A stretch of DNA of 64,000 bases from NCBI GenBank assembly GCA_963789955.1, contig CAWBMV010000037.1:256001-320000 (forward strand). Reading direction: 5' to 3'. Under the pieces are notes generated by a model that worked only from the letters and a program-made list of their open reading frames with translations, made no database searches and was not told where the DNA came from. This DNA comes from an uncultured Candidatus Rokubacteria bacterium (GTDB lineage Bacteria > Methylomirabilota > Methylomirabilia > Rokubacteriales > CSP1-6). Below are positions 31,318 through 41,908 of the stretch, one piece after another. The first letter of the stretch is position 1. Every line of letters starts with the position of its first letter. Position numbers and translations under genes: made by a program.

Positions 31318-32268
31318 TGCGCGATCGAGCCGTGAGACGCCCGCACGACGAGCGCGGATTCGCGCTGCTGGTGGTCCTGCTCGTGCTGGCGCTGATCGCC
31401 GTGGTCGGCGCCGAGTTCTCGTACTCGATGCGGCTCGAGGCCTCGGCGGTACGCGCCTACAAGAACGGGATCATCGGCAATCATCTCGCCGAGACGGCGC
31501 TCGAGCAGGCGATCCGCGAGATCGTGGCCGACGCGCCGCTCGTCGCCGAGGACGACGACGGTCTCCTCACGTTCTATACGCGTCGATCGGCGCGCACTGC
31601 CGCGGCTGCGCCGCGCGAAGGCCGAGCTGCTCGGCGGCCAGTACTCGTACCGCATCGCCGACGAGGAGGCTCTCCTCAACATCAACACGTCGGCGCCCGA
31701 CCGCATCGACCGCCTGCTCGCGACGCTCGGGATCGACAAGGAAGTCCGCGACATGATCGGCGACTCGATCCAGGACTGGCGCGATCCGAACGACGAGCAC
31801 CGCGCCAACGGCGCCGAGAGCGACGACTACTACTTGAAGCTGCCGATACCGTATCGGGCGCACAACGCGAACCTCGAGTCGATCACCGAGCTCCTGCAGA
31901 TCAAGGGGGTCACGCCGGCCATCTACAACGGCAGCAAGGACCATCCGGGGCTGGCCAGTCTCGTCACCGTTCGCAGCACGGGCACCGTGAACATGAACAC
32001 CGCCGGCCCGGCCGTCCTCACCGCCCTCGGGCTCTCCACCGCGGAGATCACGGAGATCCAGCAGTCGCGGCGCCTCAGCGGGCCCTATCCGAACGTGCCC
32101 GGGAAATTCGGCGGCAGGAATCTCGGCGTCTCGACCAGGACGTTTCGCGTCGAGGCGGAGGGCATCGTGGACGATCGCGTGGCCGCCCGGCTGACGGCGA
32201 TCGTCCAGAAGCGTACCGACGTCGATCCGCCGTCGGTGGTCGTTCTGGAGTGGTCGGGCGCCCGTTGA
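31317..32268 (+). CDS. gspK: Minor pseudopilin K (frameshift near 31585)
   Basis: RGFALLVVL, DEEALLNIN, IQDWRD, GAESDDYY, ELLQIKGVT, VNMNTA. Confidence 0.9.
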
Positions 32269-32305
32269 CTCTTTCCCTGCGATCGGTTAGGGGTGTTAAC
32301 CTAAC

Positions 32306-33847
32306 TTGGTGAAACTTAACATCCCGAAGCTCGTGTCCGTCCGCCTCGCGGTCGTCATGCTCGGCGACCGGCTCGGCGTCGCCGCGATCGAGCGCGATCG
32401 TGTCGAGACGTTCACGATCGAAGCCGAAAATCCGGCCGCGGCGCTGCGCGCCGAGCTCGACGCGCGGTCACTCGCCGCGCGAACGGTCGCGATCGGTCTG
32501 TCCCGCTCGACCGTCACCGTGAAGCCGATCGAGCTCCCGGCGGTGGCCGGCGCGACGCAGGACATGGTGAAGTTCGAGCTCGAGCGCCATCTGCCGATTC
32601 CGGCCGACGACGCCGCCTTCGATTTCGTTCCGCTGCCACCGGATGCCGAAGCCGACGCCGTGCCGGTCGAGGGCAGGCGCGTGCTGATCGCCGCCGCCGA
32701 CCGCCGGCTGATCGATTCCGCGCTGCGTCTGGCCGACGAAGCGAAGCTGCGGCCGGTGTCGATCACGGTGGCCTCGCACGATCTGCTCGCCCTGGTCGAG
32801 ACGGATCGCCGTCAGCGCGTGGTGTGGCTCCACCGTGTCGGCGACACGACCGAGCTGCTCCTGCTGCACGACGCGATGGTCGTGTTCAGCCGGAGCTTCA
32901 CCGCCGCCGATGACGCGACCCTGCTCGCGGAGACGCGGCGCAGCCTCGCCGGCGCGAGGTGGCGCACCTGCGACGCGATCTGGGTGTCGGGCGACGGCGC
33001 CGCCGCCGCGCCCTTTCTCGACCTCGGCGTGCCGATCTCGGATCCGCCGTGGACGTCGCGCGCCGAGCGCTGCCTGGCCCAGGTGGCCGAGCCGCGCGGC
33101 GCCCTGGATCTGGCGGTGGCGACGGCCTCGAACCGCAACATCGCCTCGCTCGATCTCATCCCGGCGGCGATCAAGCCCCGACGATTCACTCGTCAGGAGA
33201 TGTTCACCGCGGGGGCGCTGGTCGCGACCTTGCTCCTGGCGCTGGTGGCGCTCCTCGTGCCGGGCTTCATCGAGAACCGCCGCCTCGCGCGCCTGAACGG
33301 CGAGATCGCGCGCATCGACCCAGACGTGCGGGCGGTCGAGCGCGTCGCGCGAGACCTCGATCACAAGCGACAGCTCCTCGCCACCGTCGAGAAGATCAAC
33401 ACGAGTACTCTGCAGCCGCTGGCCGTGCTGCGCGAGCTCACCGAGATCCTGCCGAGCGACGCGTGGGTCACCTATCTCGCGTTCGACGCCAAGGGCGTCG
33501 AGATGACCGGGCAGGCCGGCGCGGCGAGTACCTTGATCCCGCTGCTGGAAAACTCCCCGAGGCTCGAGCGCGTCGAGTTCGCCTCGCCGGTCACGCGCGG
33601 GCGCGATCGAGAGCAATTCAGGATCCGCGCCGCGTGGGAGGCGCCTTCGGTGGCCGCGGTGCCCGCGCCGGCCGTGCCGACGCCCCCGACGACCTCCACG
33701 CGGCCTCCCGCGCCGGTGCCCTCCGCCCAGCCCGCGCCGCCAGGACCGCCTCCCGCGGCCGCGCCCAATGTCCGGCAGCCGCGCAGCAGCGAGCCTCAGA
33801 TGGAGACCCTGGGGCGCCGCCGCGGACAGGAAGTGCCCCAGCAATGA
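32306..33847 (+). CDS. gspL: GspL/PilM-PilN-like assembly protein
   Basis: Actin-like cytoplasmic part (FELERHLP), one TM, PilN-like LRELTEILPSDAWV...GQA; Pro-rich tail. Confidence 0.75.
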   Translation: MVKLNIPKLVSVRLAVVMLGDRLGVAAIERDRVETFTIEAENPAAALRAELDARSLAARTVAIGLSRSTVTVKPIELPAVAGATQDMVKFELERHLPIPADDAAFDFVPLPPDAEADAVPVEGRRVLIAAADRRLIDSALRLADEAKLRPVSITVASHDLLALVETDRRQRVVWLHRVGDTTELLLLHDAMVVFSRSFTAADDATLLAETRRSLAGARWRTCDAIWVSGDGAAAAPFLDLGVPISDPPWTSRAERCLAQVAEPRGALDLAVATASNRNIASLDLIPAAIKPRRFTRQEMFTAGALVATLLLALVALLVPGFIENRRLARLNGEIARIDPDVRAVERVARDLDHKRQLLATVEKINTSTLQPLAVLRELTEILPSDAWVTYLAFDAKGVEMTGQAGAASTLIPLLENSPRLERVEFASPVTRGRDREQFRIRAAWEAPSVAAVPAPAVPTPPTTSTRPPAPVPSAQPAPPGPPPAAAPNVRQPRSSEPQMETLGRRRGQEVPQQ

Positions 33848-34422
33848 TCGGCAATCTCTCCCGCCGCGAGCGGCTCATGGTGGGCCTGGCGCTGGCCGTC
33901 GGCGTCATCCTGGGCGGGTGGCTGCTGGTGGTCGAGCCGATCCTCGAGCATAATCGGTCCGCCGGCGAGCTCGTGCCGGCGCGCGAGCAGGTGCTCCAGC
34001 AGAAGCGAGAGCTGATCGCGCGGCGCGCCGCGATCACCGCGGATCTCGAGAAGACGACCGCGCAGTTCGAGAAGCTCTCGGAGGGGTTCCTCACGTCGGC
34101 GACGCCCGCCGTCGCCGCCTCGGAGCTGCAGAAGATCGTCAAGGACATGGCCGCCGAAGCCAAGACCGAAGTCCGGAGCGAGCGGATCCTGCCGCCGGCC
34201 GATCGCGGCGAGCTCCTGGAGATTCCCGTCGAGATCGCGGTGTCCTGCGAGATCCGGCAGCTCGTCGATCTGCTCGCGCGGCTCGACGGAGCGACCAAGC
34301 TGCTGCCGGTCCAGGACCTCAAGGTCCGCGTCGTCAACCTGAGCCAGCCGAAGGAGCTGCTCGTCACCCTCACGATCTCGGGTTTCATCCTGCCCAACGC
34401 GCAGGGCAAGGCCAAAAGCTGA
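33844..34422 (+). CDS. gspM: GspM/PilO-like protein
   Basis: LSRRER plus TM plus coiled coil; operon position. Confidence 0.75.
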   Translation: MIGNLSRRERLMVGLALAVGVILGGWLLVVEPILEHNRSAGELVPAREQVLQQKRELIARRAAITADLEKTTAQFEKLSEGFLTSATPAVAASELQKIVKDMAAEAKTEVRSERILPPADRGELLEIPVEIAVSCEIRQLVDLLARLDGATKLLPVQDLKVRVVNLSQPKELLVTLTISGFILPNAQGKAKS

Positions 34423-35240
34423 ATGCCGCGGCGCTTGCTTGCGATCAACGTGGTACTCGCCTGCGTGGCGGTTCTCTGCGTCGCGCTCATCGTGAAGCAG
34501 CTCGCGACCTCACGGCCGCCGGCGGCGGCACGAGGGCGGGCGCCGGTCGGGTCGTCGGCCAACCCGGCGCCGGCCGGAGATTCGAAGCTGCCGCCGCAGG
34601 CCTACAACGTGATCGCGACACGCAACTTGTTCAGCCCGACGCGCAGCGAGACGGCAGGACCCGGGATCGCGGGCGTCACGCAGGCCCCGATCGTCAAGCC
34701 GAACCTTCACGGCGTGGTCCTGCGGGAAGGCTCGCCGATCGCCTATCTGGAGGACCCGCTGACCAAGCGAATCGCCGGCTACCGGATCGGCGACCCGATC
34801 GCGGGCGGAACCGTGCAGACGATTTCCGCCGACGCGGTGGTGATCTCGCGACCGGACGGGATGGTCGACGTGCGTCTGCGCGATCCGTCGAAGCCCAGAC
34901 CCGCCCCGCCTCAGCCGGGCCAGCCGGGCGTCCCGGGCCAGCAGCCTCTCCCGGGTCAACCGCCCTTCCCCGGCCAGCCGCAGACCGGGGGCCAGCTGCC
35001 GAACCAGGGCCTCGTCCCGGTGCCGGGCCCGACGCAGCCGCACATCCCCGCGCGCGTTCAGCCCTCCGGGGAGTCCGCTGCCGCCGGGCCAGACCATGCC
35101 GCCGCCGCCCGCCATCCAGCAGCCGACACAGACGCAGCCGGGCGCGATTCCCTTTGGGCGGCCCGCGCCGAGCCTCGGACGCCGGATGCCACCAATTCCT
35201 CGGGACCCGCGGGCCAGCCGCGCCGAGCCAGAGCCAATAG
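34423..35240 (+). CDS. GspC-like protein (TM, HR domain, Pro/Gln-rich tail with indels)
   Basis: N-terminal TM, RNLFSP, LHGVV...AYL...YRIGD; PGQ repeats. Confidence 0.65.
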
Positions 35241-35241
35241 G

Positions 35242-37646
35242 ATGAAGCGCCTCGTCGCCACCCTGTTGCTGGTCGCCTTTACCGCCGGATGCGCCTCGCA
35301 TCGCCGGCCGCCGCCGGCCGCGACGCCGCCGCCATCGGTGACGGTCACGCCGCCAGGCGCCCGCCGAGCCGGGGCTTCCGGCCGTGCCGCCGGTTTCCGT
35401 CGGGCCGCGGACGATTCCGCCCGCGCCGACACAGCCGCCCGAAGCCGCGCCGGCTCCGCCCCCGCCGCCGCCACCGACCGCGCCACCGGTTCCGCCGGCG
35501 CAGCGCGGACGCTTCGTCGTCCTCAACTTCGACAATGCGGACATCGAGACGGTGATCCAGGCGGCGAGCGAGATCATCGGCTTCAACTACGTGCTCGCGC
35601 CCGACGTGCGCGGCAAGGTCACCGTCCAGACGTCGGGCCGCATCGCTCAGGAAGAGGTGTTCGGCGTCCTGCTCGCGATTCTCGAGGTGCAGGGCTTCAC
35701 GGCGGTGAAGTCGGGGAACCTCTACAAGATCGTCCGCATCGAGGGCGCCCGCGAGCGTGCCGTGCCGACGATCGTCGGGCCGACGGCCGATCCGAACCGC
35801 ACCACCGACGAGATCATCACGCAGATCGTGCCGATCAAGTACTCGTCGGTCGCCGATCTCAGCGCGCTCCTGCGCCCGCTCATCTCGACGCGGGGCACCT
35901 TGATCGCCCATCGCGAGACGAACGTGCTCATCATCACCGACGCGGCGTCGAACGTGACGCGGCTGCTCGACATCATTCGCCTCGTCGACGTGCAGGTGGC
36001 GCAGGAAGAGCTGCAGATCATCCCCATCTCGTACGCCGACGCCGGCGAGCTGGCGACGATCCTGACGCAGCTCTTCGCCAGCGGCCGCGTCCGCTTCGCC
36101 ACGCCGGGCGGCGCGCCGGGGCCGACGCCGCCGGCGCCGCCGCAGCCGGGCGTGCCGGTGCCGCCGGCGGCCCCGGGGCAAACGAGTGGCTCCGCCGAGC
36201 GCGCGCCCCTGATCATCCCGGAGCGGCGCTCGAATTCGCTGATCGTGCACGCCAAGAAACACGAGGTCGAGACCATCAAGCGTCTGGTCTCGCAGCTCGA
36301 CGTCAACATCTACGGCGGCCGGCGGGTGTTCATCTACTACGCGGAGAACGCCAAGTCGAAGGACCTCGCGTCGACCCTGAACGCGATCTACGGCGCGCGC
36401 GACAGCGGGTCCACCACGACGTCTGCGAGACCACGAGCTCGTCGTCCACCACGCCTCCCAGGACGGGCGCGCCGCCGCCGCCACGCCGCCCGCGCTCTAC
36501 GGGCCGGCGCCGGGACTGATTCCGGGCGCCGCGAGCTCCCCGGAAGTCCTGGCCGAGGGCCAGGTGCGCTTCATCGCCGACGAGGTCACCAACGCGGTGA
36601 TCGTCACGACCTTCCCGCGGAGCTGGACGGAGATCGAAAACACGATCAAGCAGCTCGACCGTATGCCGCGCCAGGTGCTGATCGAGGTGCTCATAGCCGA
36701 GATCACCTTGACCGACGACACGCGGCTCGGAATCGACTGGGCCATACGAGCGGGCCGCTTCAATATCGTCAACACCAATACGGGGGCCCCTGGGTTGCCG
36801 ACGACGCCGTCGCCCCCCGACTCGTCGACGATGTTTCTTCCGATCGGCGTGGGTGGCCCCGCCCGCATCCTCGGGCCCTTCGGGCAGGGGCTCTCGGCGT
36901 TCACGTTCGGCACGGATCAGTTCATCGCGATGCTCAACGCGCTCTCGAACGAGAACAAGGTCAACATCGTCTCGAATCCGCATATCTTGACGTCGGAGAA
37001 CAAGAAGGCGGTCATCAACGTGTCGACGTCCGTGCCCATCGTCACCAGCCAGACCACCGGACAGGTGGCCGCGGCCACGACGACGCCGACGACGACCACG
37101 ACCAGCACCACGACGACGACGGCCGGGCTCAACCAGACGGTCGAGTATCGCGACGCCGGCGTGATCCTCACCGTGACGCCGCGCATCGGCGAGCAGGGCA
37201 CCGTGGCCCTCGACGTGAAGCAGGAAGCGAACCAGATCGGATCCCCGGTGCCACCCACGAATTCGCCCTCGTTCACCAAGCGCGAAGCGGAGACATCGGT
37301 CGTGCTGCTGAACAATCAGACCCTGGTGCTGGGTGGCCTCATCCAGGACAAGCTGACGACCACCGACCGCGGCATCCCGATCCTCAAGGACATCCCGCTG
37401 ATCGGCTATGCCTTCAAGTTCACCGAGCGAATCATCGACAAGACGGAGTTGCTGCTCCTGATCACGCCACGCGTGGTCGAGCACCGCCGGTGACGCCGGC
37501 AGGATCACCGACGAGAAGCGCCGATACTCGCCGGACCTCGAAGACGCGCTCCGGCGGGCGCCGCGCCTGCCGCCGACGACCACGCCGCCGCGGCAGCCGT
37601 CCACGCCGCCACCGCCGCGGCAGCCGTCGCGCCGCCGTCGCCGTAG
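35242..37646 (+). CDS. gspD: Type II secretion secretin with lipoprotein signal (several frameshifts)
   Basis: Lipobox FTAGC; LNFDNADI, QVLIEVLIAEI, GVILTVTPRI, LGGLI, IPILKDIPLIG, ELLLLITPRVV; end approximate. Confidence 0.9.
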
Positions 37647-37695
37647 CGGCAGGTCGGCGCCGATCGCCCGGCGCCGCGCCCGCGGCTCGCGCGGA

Positions 37696-38478
37696 TCAGG
37701 CGCCCGAGAACTTCGGCGGGCGCTTGTCGAAGAAGGCGGCGACGCCCTCCCGATGGTCGTCGGACGCGACCGCAACGCCCTGAGACAGCGCCTCGACCTC
37801 GAGCGCCGAGGCCAGATCGCTGCTGGCCGCGCGGTTGAGCGCCTGCTTGTCCAGCCGCAGCGCCAGCGGCGGACCCGCCGCGATCTTCTCGGCGAGCTCG
37901 CGCGTCGTCGAGGCCAGGTCGGCGACGTGCACGACGCGGTTGACGAGCCCGATCCGCATCGCCTCGGCCGCGTCGAAGATGTCGCCGGTGAAGATCAGCT
38001 CCTTCGCGCGCGCCATGCCGACGAGGCGCGGCAAGAGCCAGGTGCCGCCGCCGTCGACCGCCAGGCCGATCTTGCAGAACAGCTCGCCGAATTTCGCGCG
38101 GTCGGACGCGACGATCAGGTCGCAGCAGAGCGCCAGGTTCGAGCCGGCGCCGACCGCGTACCCGTCCACCATCGCGATCGTCGGCAGCGGAAAATTCACC
38201 AGCCGCAGGACGGCGCGATTGAGGAGCCCGACGCGCACCTGCCCGTCCGCGGCGGTGCTGCGCTGGCGCATGTTCTTCACGTCACCGCCGGCGCAGAAGT
38301 GGCCGCCGGCGCCCGTCAGGATGACCACGCGGGCGGCCGGGTTCGCCTCGATCTCGTCGAGCGCGGTCAAGAGCTCGCGGCGCATCGCGAAGTCGAGCGC
38401 GTTGCGCGCGTCCGGGCGATTGAGCGTGATCGTGGCGATCGGACCGGACTGGTCGACGATGAGTGTCTCGTAACCCAT
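37696..38478 (-). CDS. Enoyl-CoA hydratase/isomerase family protein
   Basis: LNRPDARNAL, FCAGGD, AMVDGYAVGAG, EGVAAFFDKR. Confidence 0.93.
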   Translation of the reverse strand: MGYETLIVDQSGPIATITLNRPDARNALDFAMRRELLTALDEIEANPAARVVILTGAGGHFCAGGDVKNMRQRSTAADGQVRVGLLNRAVLRLVNFPLPTIAMVDGYAVGAGSNLALCCDLIVASDRAKFGELFCKIGLAVDGGGTWLLPRLVGMARAKELIFTGDIFDAAEAMRIGLVNRVVHVADLASTTRELAEKIAAGPPLALRLDKQALNRAASSDLASALEVEALSQGVAVASDDHREGVAAFFDKRPPKFSGA

Positions 38479-38539
38479 GGCGTCTCCTTCTCCTAGCGTG
38501 AGGCGACGGCGCGCGACTTCATGCCGGCGAGGAAGATCG

Positions 38540-39034
38540 TCATCGCCGTTTGGTATCGAAGCGCTGCATGACACCGCGGCCGTCCGGCCGCGGCAGCTCG
38601 TCGTAGCGTCCCCCGGTGTACTCGCCGATCACGCGGCGCCAGAAGGTCTGGGCCTCGACGTTGCTCGTCAGCTGCGTGACCTCCCACCGCCCTGGAAACG
38701 CGTCGAACAGCTTCCGGGCGACCTCGCCGCCGATGCCCTGACGGCGGTGGCGGCGCAGGATGAAGAACTCGCTGATGTCCCGGGTGCCGTTGCCCGCGAA
38801 GTACGCGCCGTCGCGGACCAGCACGAAGCCGACGAGCGCCCCGTCGACGCGCACGAGGTACGACGTGAGCTTCGGATCCGTCCAGAACCCTTCGATGATC
38901 GTCGTGTTGCCGTAGAGGCCGTCGTCTCCGATGGCCCAGTCGTCGATCGCGGCGAAGTCGTAGAGGTAGAGCTGCATGAGGCGCCGCATGACCGGGAGGT
39001 CCTGCGCGCGCGCCGGGGTGAGCTCGATCTTCAT
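38540..39034 (-). CDS. GNAT family acetyltransferase
   Basis: ISEFFILRRHRRQGIG, AQTFWRRV. Confidence 0.85.
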   Translation of the reverse strand: MKIELTPARAQDLPVMRRLMQLYLYDFAAIDDWAIGDDGLYGNTTIIEGFWTDPKLTSYLVRVDGALVGFVLVRDGAYFAGNGTRDISEFFILRRHRRQGIGGEVARKLFDAFPGRWEVTQLTSNVEAQTFWRRVIGEYTGGRYDELPRPDGRGVMQRFDTKRR

Positions 39035-39040
39035 GACGTC

Positions 39041-39050
39041 ATGCTAGGCT
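39041..39050. promoter_or_regulatory. Bidirectional overlapping -10 elements for two leaderless divergent genes
   Basis: ATGCTAGGCT: TAGGCT (+) 7 nt before ATG 39058 and TAGCAT (-) 6 nt before ATG 39034, sharing the TA. Confidence 0.6.
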
Positions 39051-39057
39051 ACCGCTG

Positions 39058-39840
39058 ATGCGACTCGAGCGCACGATCATCGGCATGGTGCACCTGCCGC
39101 CCCTGCCCGGCAGCCCTCGATGGGACGGGGCGATGGCGCGCGTCGTGGCCCTGGCACTCGCGGACGCTCACGCCCTGGTCGACGGCGGCGTGGACGCGGT
39201 GCTCGTCGAGAACTTCGGTGATGCGCCCTTCACGCCCGGCCGCGTCGAGCCGGCCACGGTGGCGGCCATGAGCGTGGTCGCCGCCGAGGTCCGGAGGGCG
39301 CTGCCGCGAACGATGCTCGGCGTGAACGTCCTGAAGAACGACGCGCGCGCGGCGCTCGCGGTCGCCGCGGCGGTCGGCGCCGAATTCATTCGCGTCAACG
39401 TCCACGCCGGCGCGGTGCTCGCCGACCAGGGCATCGTGCAGTCCGACGCGTACGGCACGCTCCGCGACCGGCGCCTGCTCGGCGCGGACGTGGCGATCTT
39501 CGCCGACGTCGGCGGCAAGCACGCGGTGCCGCTCGGGCCGGTGGACATCGACCAGACCGCGAGGGATCTCGTGCACCGCGGGCTGGCCGACGCGCTGGTC
39601 GTCTCCGGCCCGGCGACCGGCCAGGCGACGCCGCTCGGCGACGTCAAGCGCGTGCGCGGCGCCGTCGCCGACGTCCCGATTCTCGTCGGCAGCGGCGTGA
39701 CCGCCGAGACGGCCGCGGAGCTCCTGTCCGTGGCCGACGGCGTCATCGTCGGCACCTCGGTCAAGCGCAACGGCGACGTGCGCCTGCCGGTCGAGCGCGC
39801 GCGCGTGGAGAAGCTCGTTGCGGCGGCTCGCCGCCGCTAG
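39058..39840 (+). CDS. BtpA/SgcQ family TIM-barrel protein
   Basis: IGMVHLPPLPGSP, ENFGDAPF, GVNVLKND, KHA, GSGVT. Confidence 0.92.
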   Translation: MRLERTIIGMVHLPPLPGSPRWDGAMARVVALALADAHALVDGGVDAVLVENFGDAPFTPGRVEPATVAAMSVVAAEVRRALPRTMLGVNVLKNDARAALAVAAAVGAEFIRVNVHAGAVLADQGIVQSDAYGTLRDRRLLGADVAIFADVGGKHAVPLGPVDIDQTARDLVHRGLADALVVSGPATGQATPLGDVKRVRGAVADVPILVGSGVTAETAAELLSVADGVIVGTSVKRNGDVRLPVERARVEKLVAAARRR

Positions 39841-40927
39841 TCTGCTCGGCATCCTGCTCGCGGCCGGCTGCGGGGCCGCGCTCGCGCCCGACGGCGTGCG
39901 CCTGACCGCGATCGAGCGCGAGCTCGGCTCGCTGTTCCTGGTCGGCTTTCGCGGCACGGAGGCGGTCGGGAACACCGAGCTCGCGAGGCTCCTGTGCGAG
40001 TTTCGAGTCGGTGGCGTGCTCCTGCTCGGCCGCAACATCGTCGACGCCGAGCAGCTGGGCCGGCTCACCGGCGGGCTCACGACGCAATCGACGGGCTGCA
40101 CCGGGCGCAAGCCCTTCATCGCCGTGGACGCCGAGGGCGGCAGCGTCATGCGGCTCGCGCCGCGCTTGGGATGGCCCGCCACGTTCTCCGCACAGGAGCT
40201 CGGCGAGAGCAACGACTTCGTCCTGACCGAGCTGGAGGCGCGCCGGATCGGCGCGATGCTCCGCGCGGTCGGTATCAACTGGGACCTGGCCCCGGTGGTC
40301 GACGTGGGCTACAACCCGGCCAACCCGGTCATCGTCGGCGCGGCCCGCAGCTTCGGCGCCAATCCGCTGCAGGTCACCGAGCACGCGCGCGCGTTCGTCC
40401 AGGGGCTCCGCGCCGAGGGCGTGCTGACCGCGCTGAAACACTTCCCGGGCCACGGCTCGAGCTTCGACGACACGCATCTCGGCTTCACCGACGTCACCGA
40501 CACCGCGTCGCCCGAGCTCGAGCTGGCGCCGTATCGCGCGCTGATCGCGGACGGGCTCGCCGACAGCGTGATGACCGCGCACGTCTTCAACAAGCGGCTC
40601 GACGAGCAATACCCGGCGACCTTGTCACGCGCGACGGTCAACGGCGTGCTGCGCGGCGAGCTCGGCTTCAAGGGCGCGGTCGTCAGCGACGACCTGCGAA
40701 TGGGCGCGATCGAGCGTCAGTACGGGATCGGCGAGGCGGCGGTGCTGGCGCTCGACGCCGGCGTCGACGTGCTCCTGATCGTCGACGACCGTCTCCCGGA
40801 CGGCACCTCGGCCACGCAGCTCGCCCAGGCCGCCATCCGCCAGGCGCTGAGCAAGGGCACCCTCGACCCGGCGCGCGTCGACGCGGCCATCGACCGGGTC
40901 CGCGCGTTGCGCGCGCGCCTGCCTTAG
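39818..40927 (+). CDS. nagZ: GH3 beta-N-acetylhexosaminidase, lipoprotein
   Basis: Lipobox LAAGC; VDAEGGSVMRL, APVVD, KHFPGHGxxxxDTH, SDDL. Confidence 0.85.
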   Translation: MRRLAAASLLGILLAAGCGAALAPDGVRLTAIERELGSLFLVGFRGTEAVGNTELARLLCEFRVGGVLLLGRNIVDAEQLGRLTGGLTTQSTGCTGRKPFIAVDAEGGSVMRLAPRLGWPATFSAQELGESNDFVLTELEARRIGAMLRAVGINWDLAPVVDVGYNPANPVIVGAARSFGANPLQVTEHARAFVQGLRAEGVLTALKHFPGHGSSFDDTHLGFTDVTDTASPELELAPYRALIADGLADSVMTAHVFNKRLDEQYPATLSRATVNGVLRGELGFKGAVVSDDLRMGAIERQYGIGEAAVLALDAGVDVLLIVDDRLPDGTSATQLAQAAIRQALSKGTLDPARVDAAIDRVRALRARLP

Positions 40928-40969
40928 CCCACGCTCGGAGGGAGCGCCGGCCGGCGGGGCCTGTCGCCG

Positions 40970-41908
40970 TCACTTCGCCGACAACAGCCGCTCGACCTCG
41001 GCGCGGGTCGCCAGCGACGGCTGGGCGCCGCGGCGGGTGCACGCGATGGCGGCGGCCGCGCTGGCGAATCGCAGCGCGTCCGGAAGGGCCTCGCGGCCCG
41101 CCAGCGCCGCGCCGAGGGCGCCGTTGAACGCGTCGCCCGCGGCGGTGGTGTCGACGGCCGTCACGGTGAACGCGGGAACCTCCACGACGCCCTGCGCCGT
41201 GCAGGCCAGTGAGCCCTGCGCCCCGAGCGTCACGATCACGGTACCGACGCCGCGTTCCCGCAGCGCCCGCGCCGCGGCAGCGGCAGAGCGCGCGTCGCGC
41301 ACGGCGACACCGCTGAGCCGCTCCGCCTCGCCCTCGTTCGGCGTCAGATAATCGACGAGCCGCCAGATGTCGTCGGAGATCCCCTCGCGGACCGGCGCCG
41401 GATTCAGCATGGTGACGAGCCCTCGGCGTCGCGCCTGGGCGAGCGCGACCGCGAGGGTCTCGAGCGGCGTCTCGAGCTGACACATGACGACCTGCGCCCA
41501 CGCGAAATCGTCGGCGCGCGAGCCGACGTGCTCGGCCGAGAGCCGCCAGTTCGCGCCGGGCGCGACGACGATCTGATTGCGTCCCTCGCCGTCGACCACG
41601 ATCAGCGCCGTGCCGGTGGCCGCGTCGGCGGTGACCATCACGCCGTCGACGCCGATGCCCTCCGCTCGGAGCGCCGCGCGGATGTCGCGCCCGGACGCGT
41701 CGTCGCCGACGCACGCGATGAAGCGCACCTCAGCGCCGAGTCGCCGGGCGGCGACCGCCTGGTTCGCGCCCTTGCCTCCATGGTTCACCAGCAGGGTTCC
41801 GCCGCTGACGGTCTCGCCGACACCCGGCAGGCGCGAGGCCGCGACGGTGAAGTCGACGTTCGCCGAGCCGACTACGAGGACGCGTCGCGCAGTGGCGCCG
41901 GCGGACAC
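40970..41908 (-). CDS. rbsK: Ribokinase
   Basis: GSANVD, GGKGANQAVAA, PNEGE, DTTAAGDAF. Confidence 0.93.
   Translation of the reverse strand: MSAGATARRVLVVGSANVDFTVAASRLPGVGETVSGGTLLVNHGGKGANQAVAARRLGAEVRFIACVGDDASGRDIRAALRAEGIGVDGVMVTADAATGTALIVVDGEGRNQIVVAPGANWRLSAEHVGSRADDFAWAQVVMCQLETPLETLAVALAQARRRGLVTMLNPAPVREGISDDIWRLVDYLTPNEGEAERLSGVAVRDARSAAAAARALRERGVGTVIVTLGAQGSLACTAQGVVEVPAFTVTAVDTTAAGDAFNGALGAALAGREALPDALRFASAAAAIACTRRGAQPSLATRAEVERLLSAK

Noticed and set aside
37070..37125. ACG/ACC repeat as a CRISPR or contingency locus
   Set aside because: Imperfect in-frame poly-Thr inside the secretin; no repeat-spacer structure or cas genes in the window
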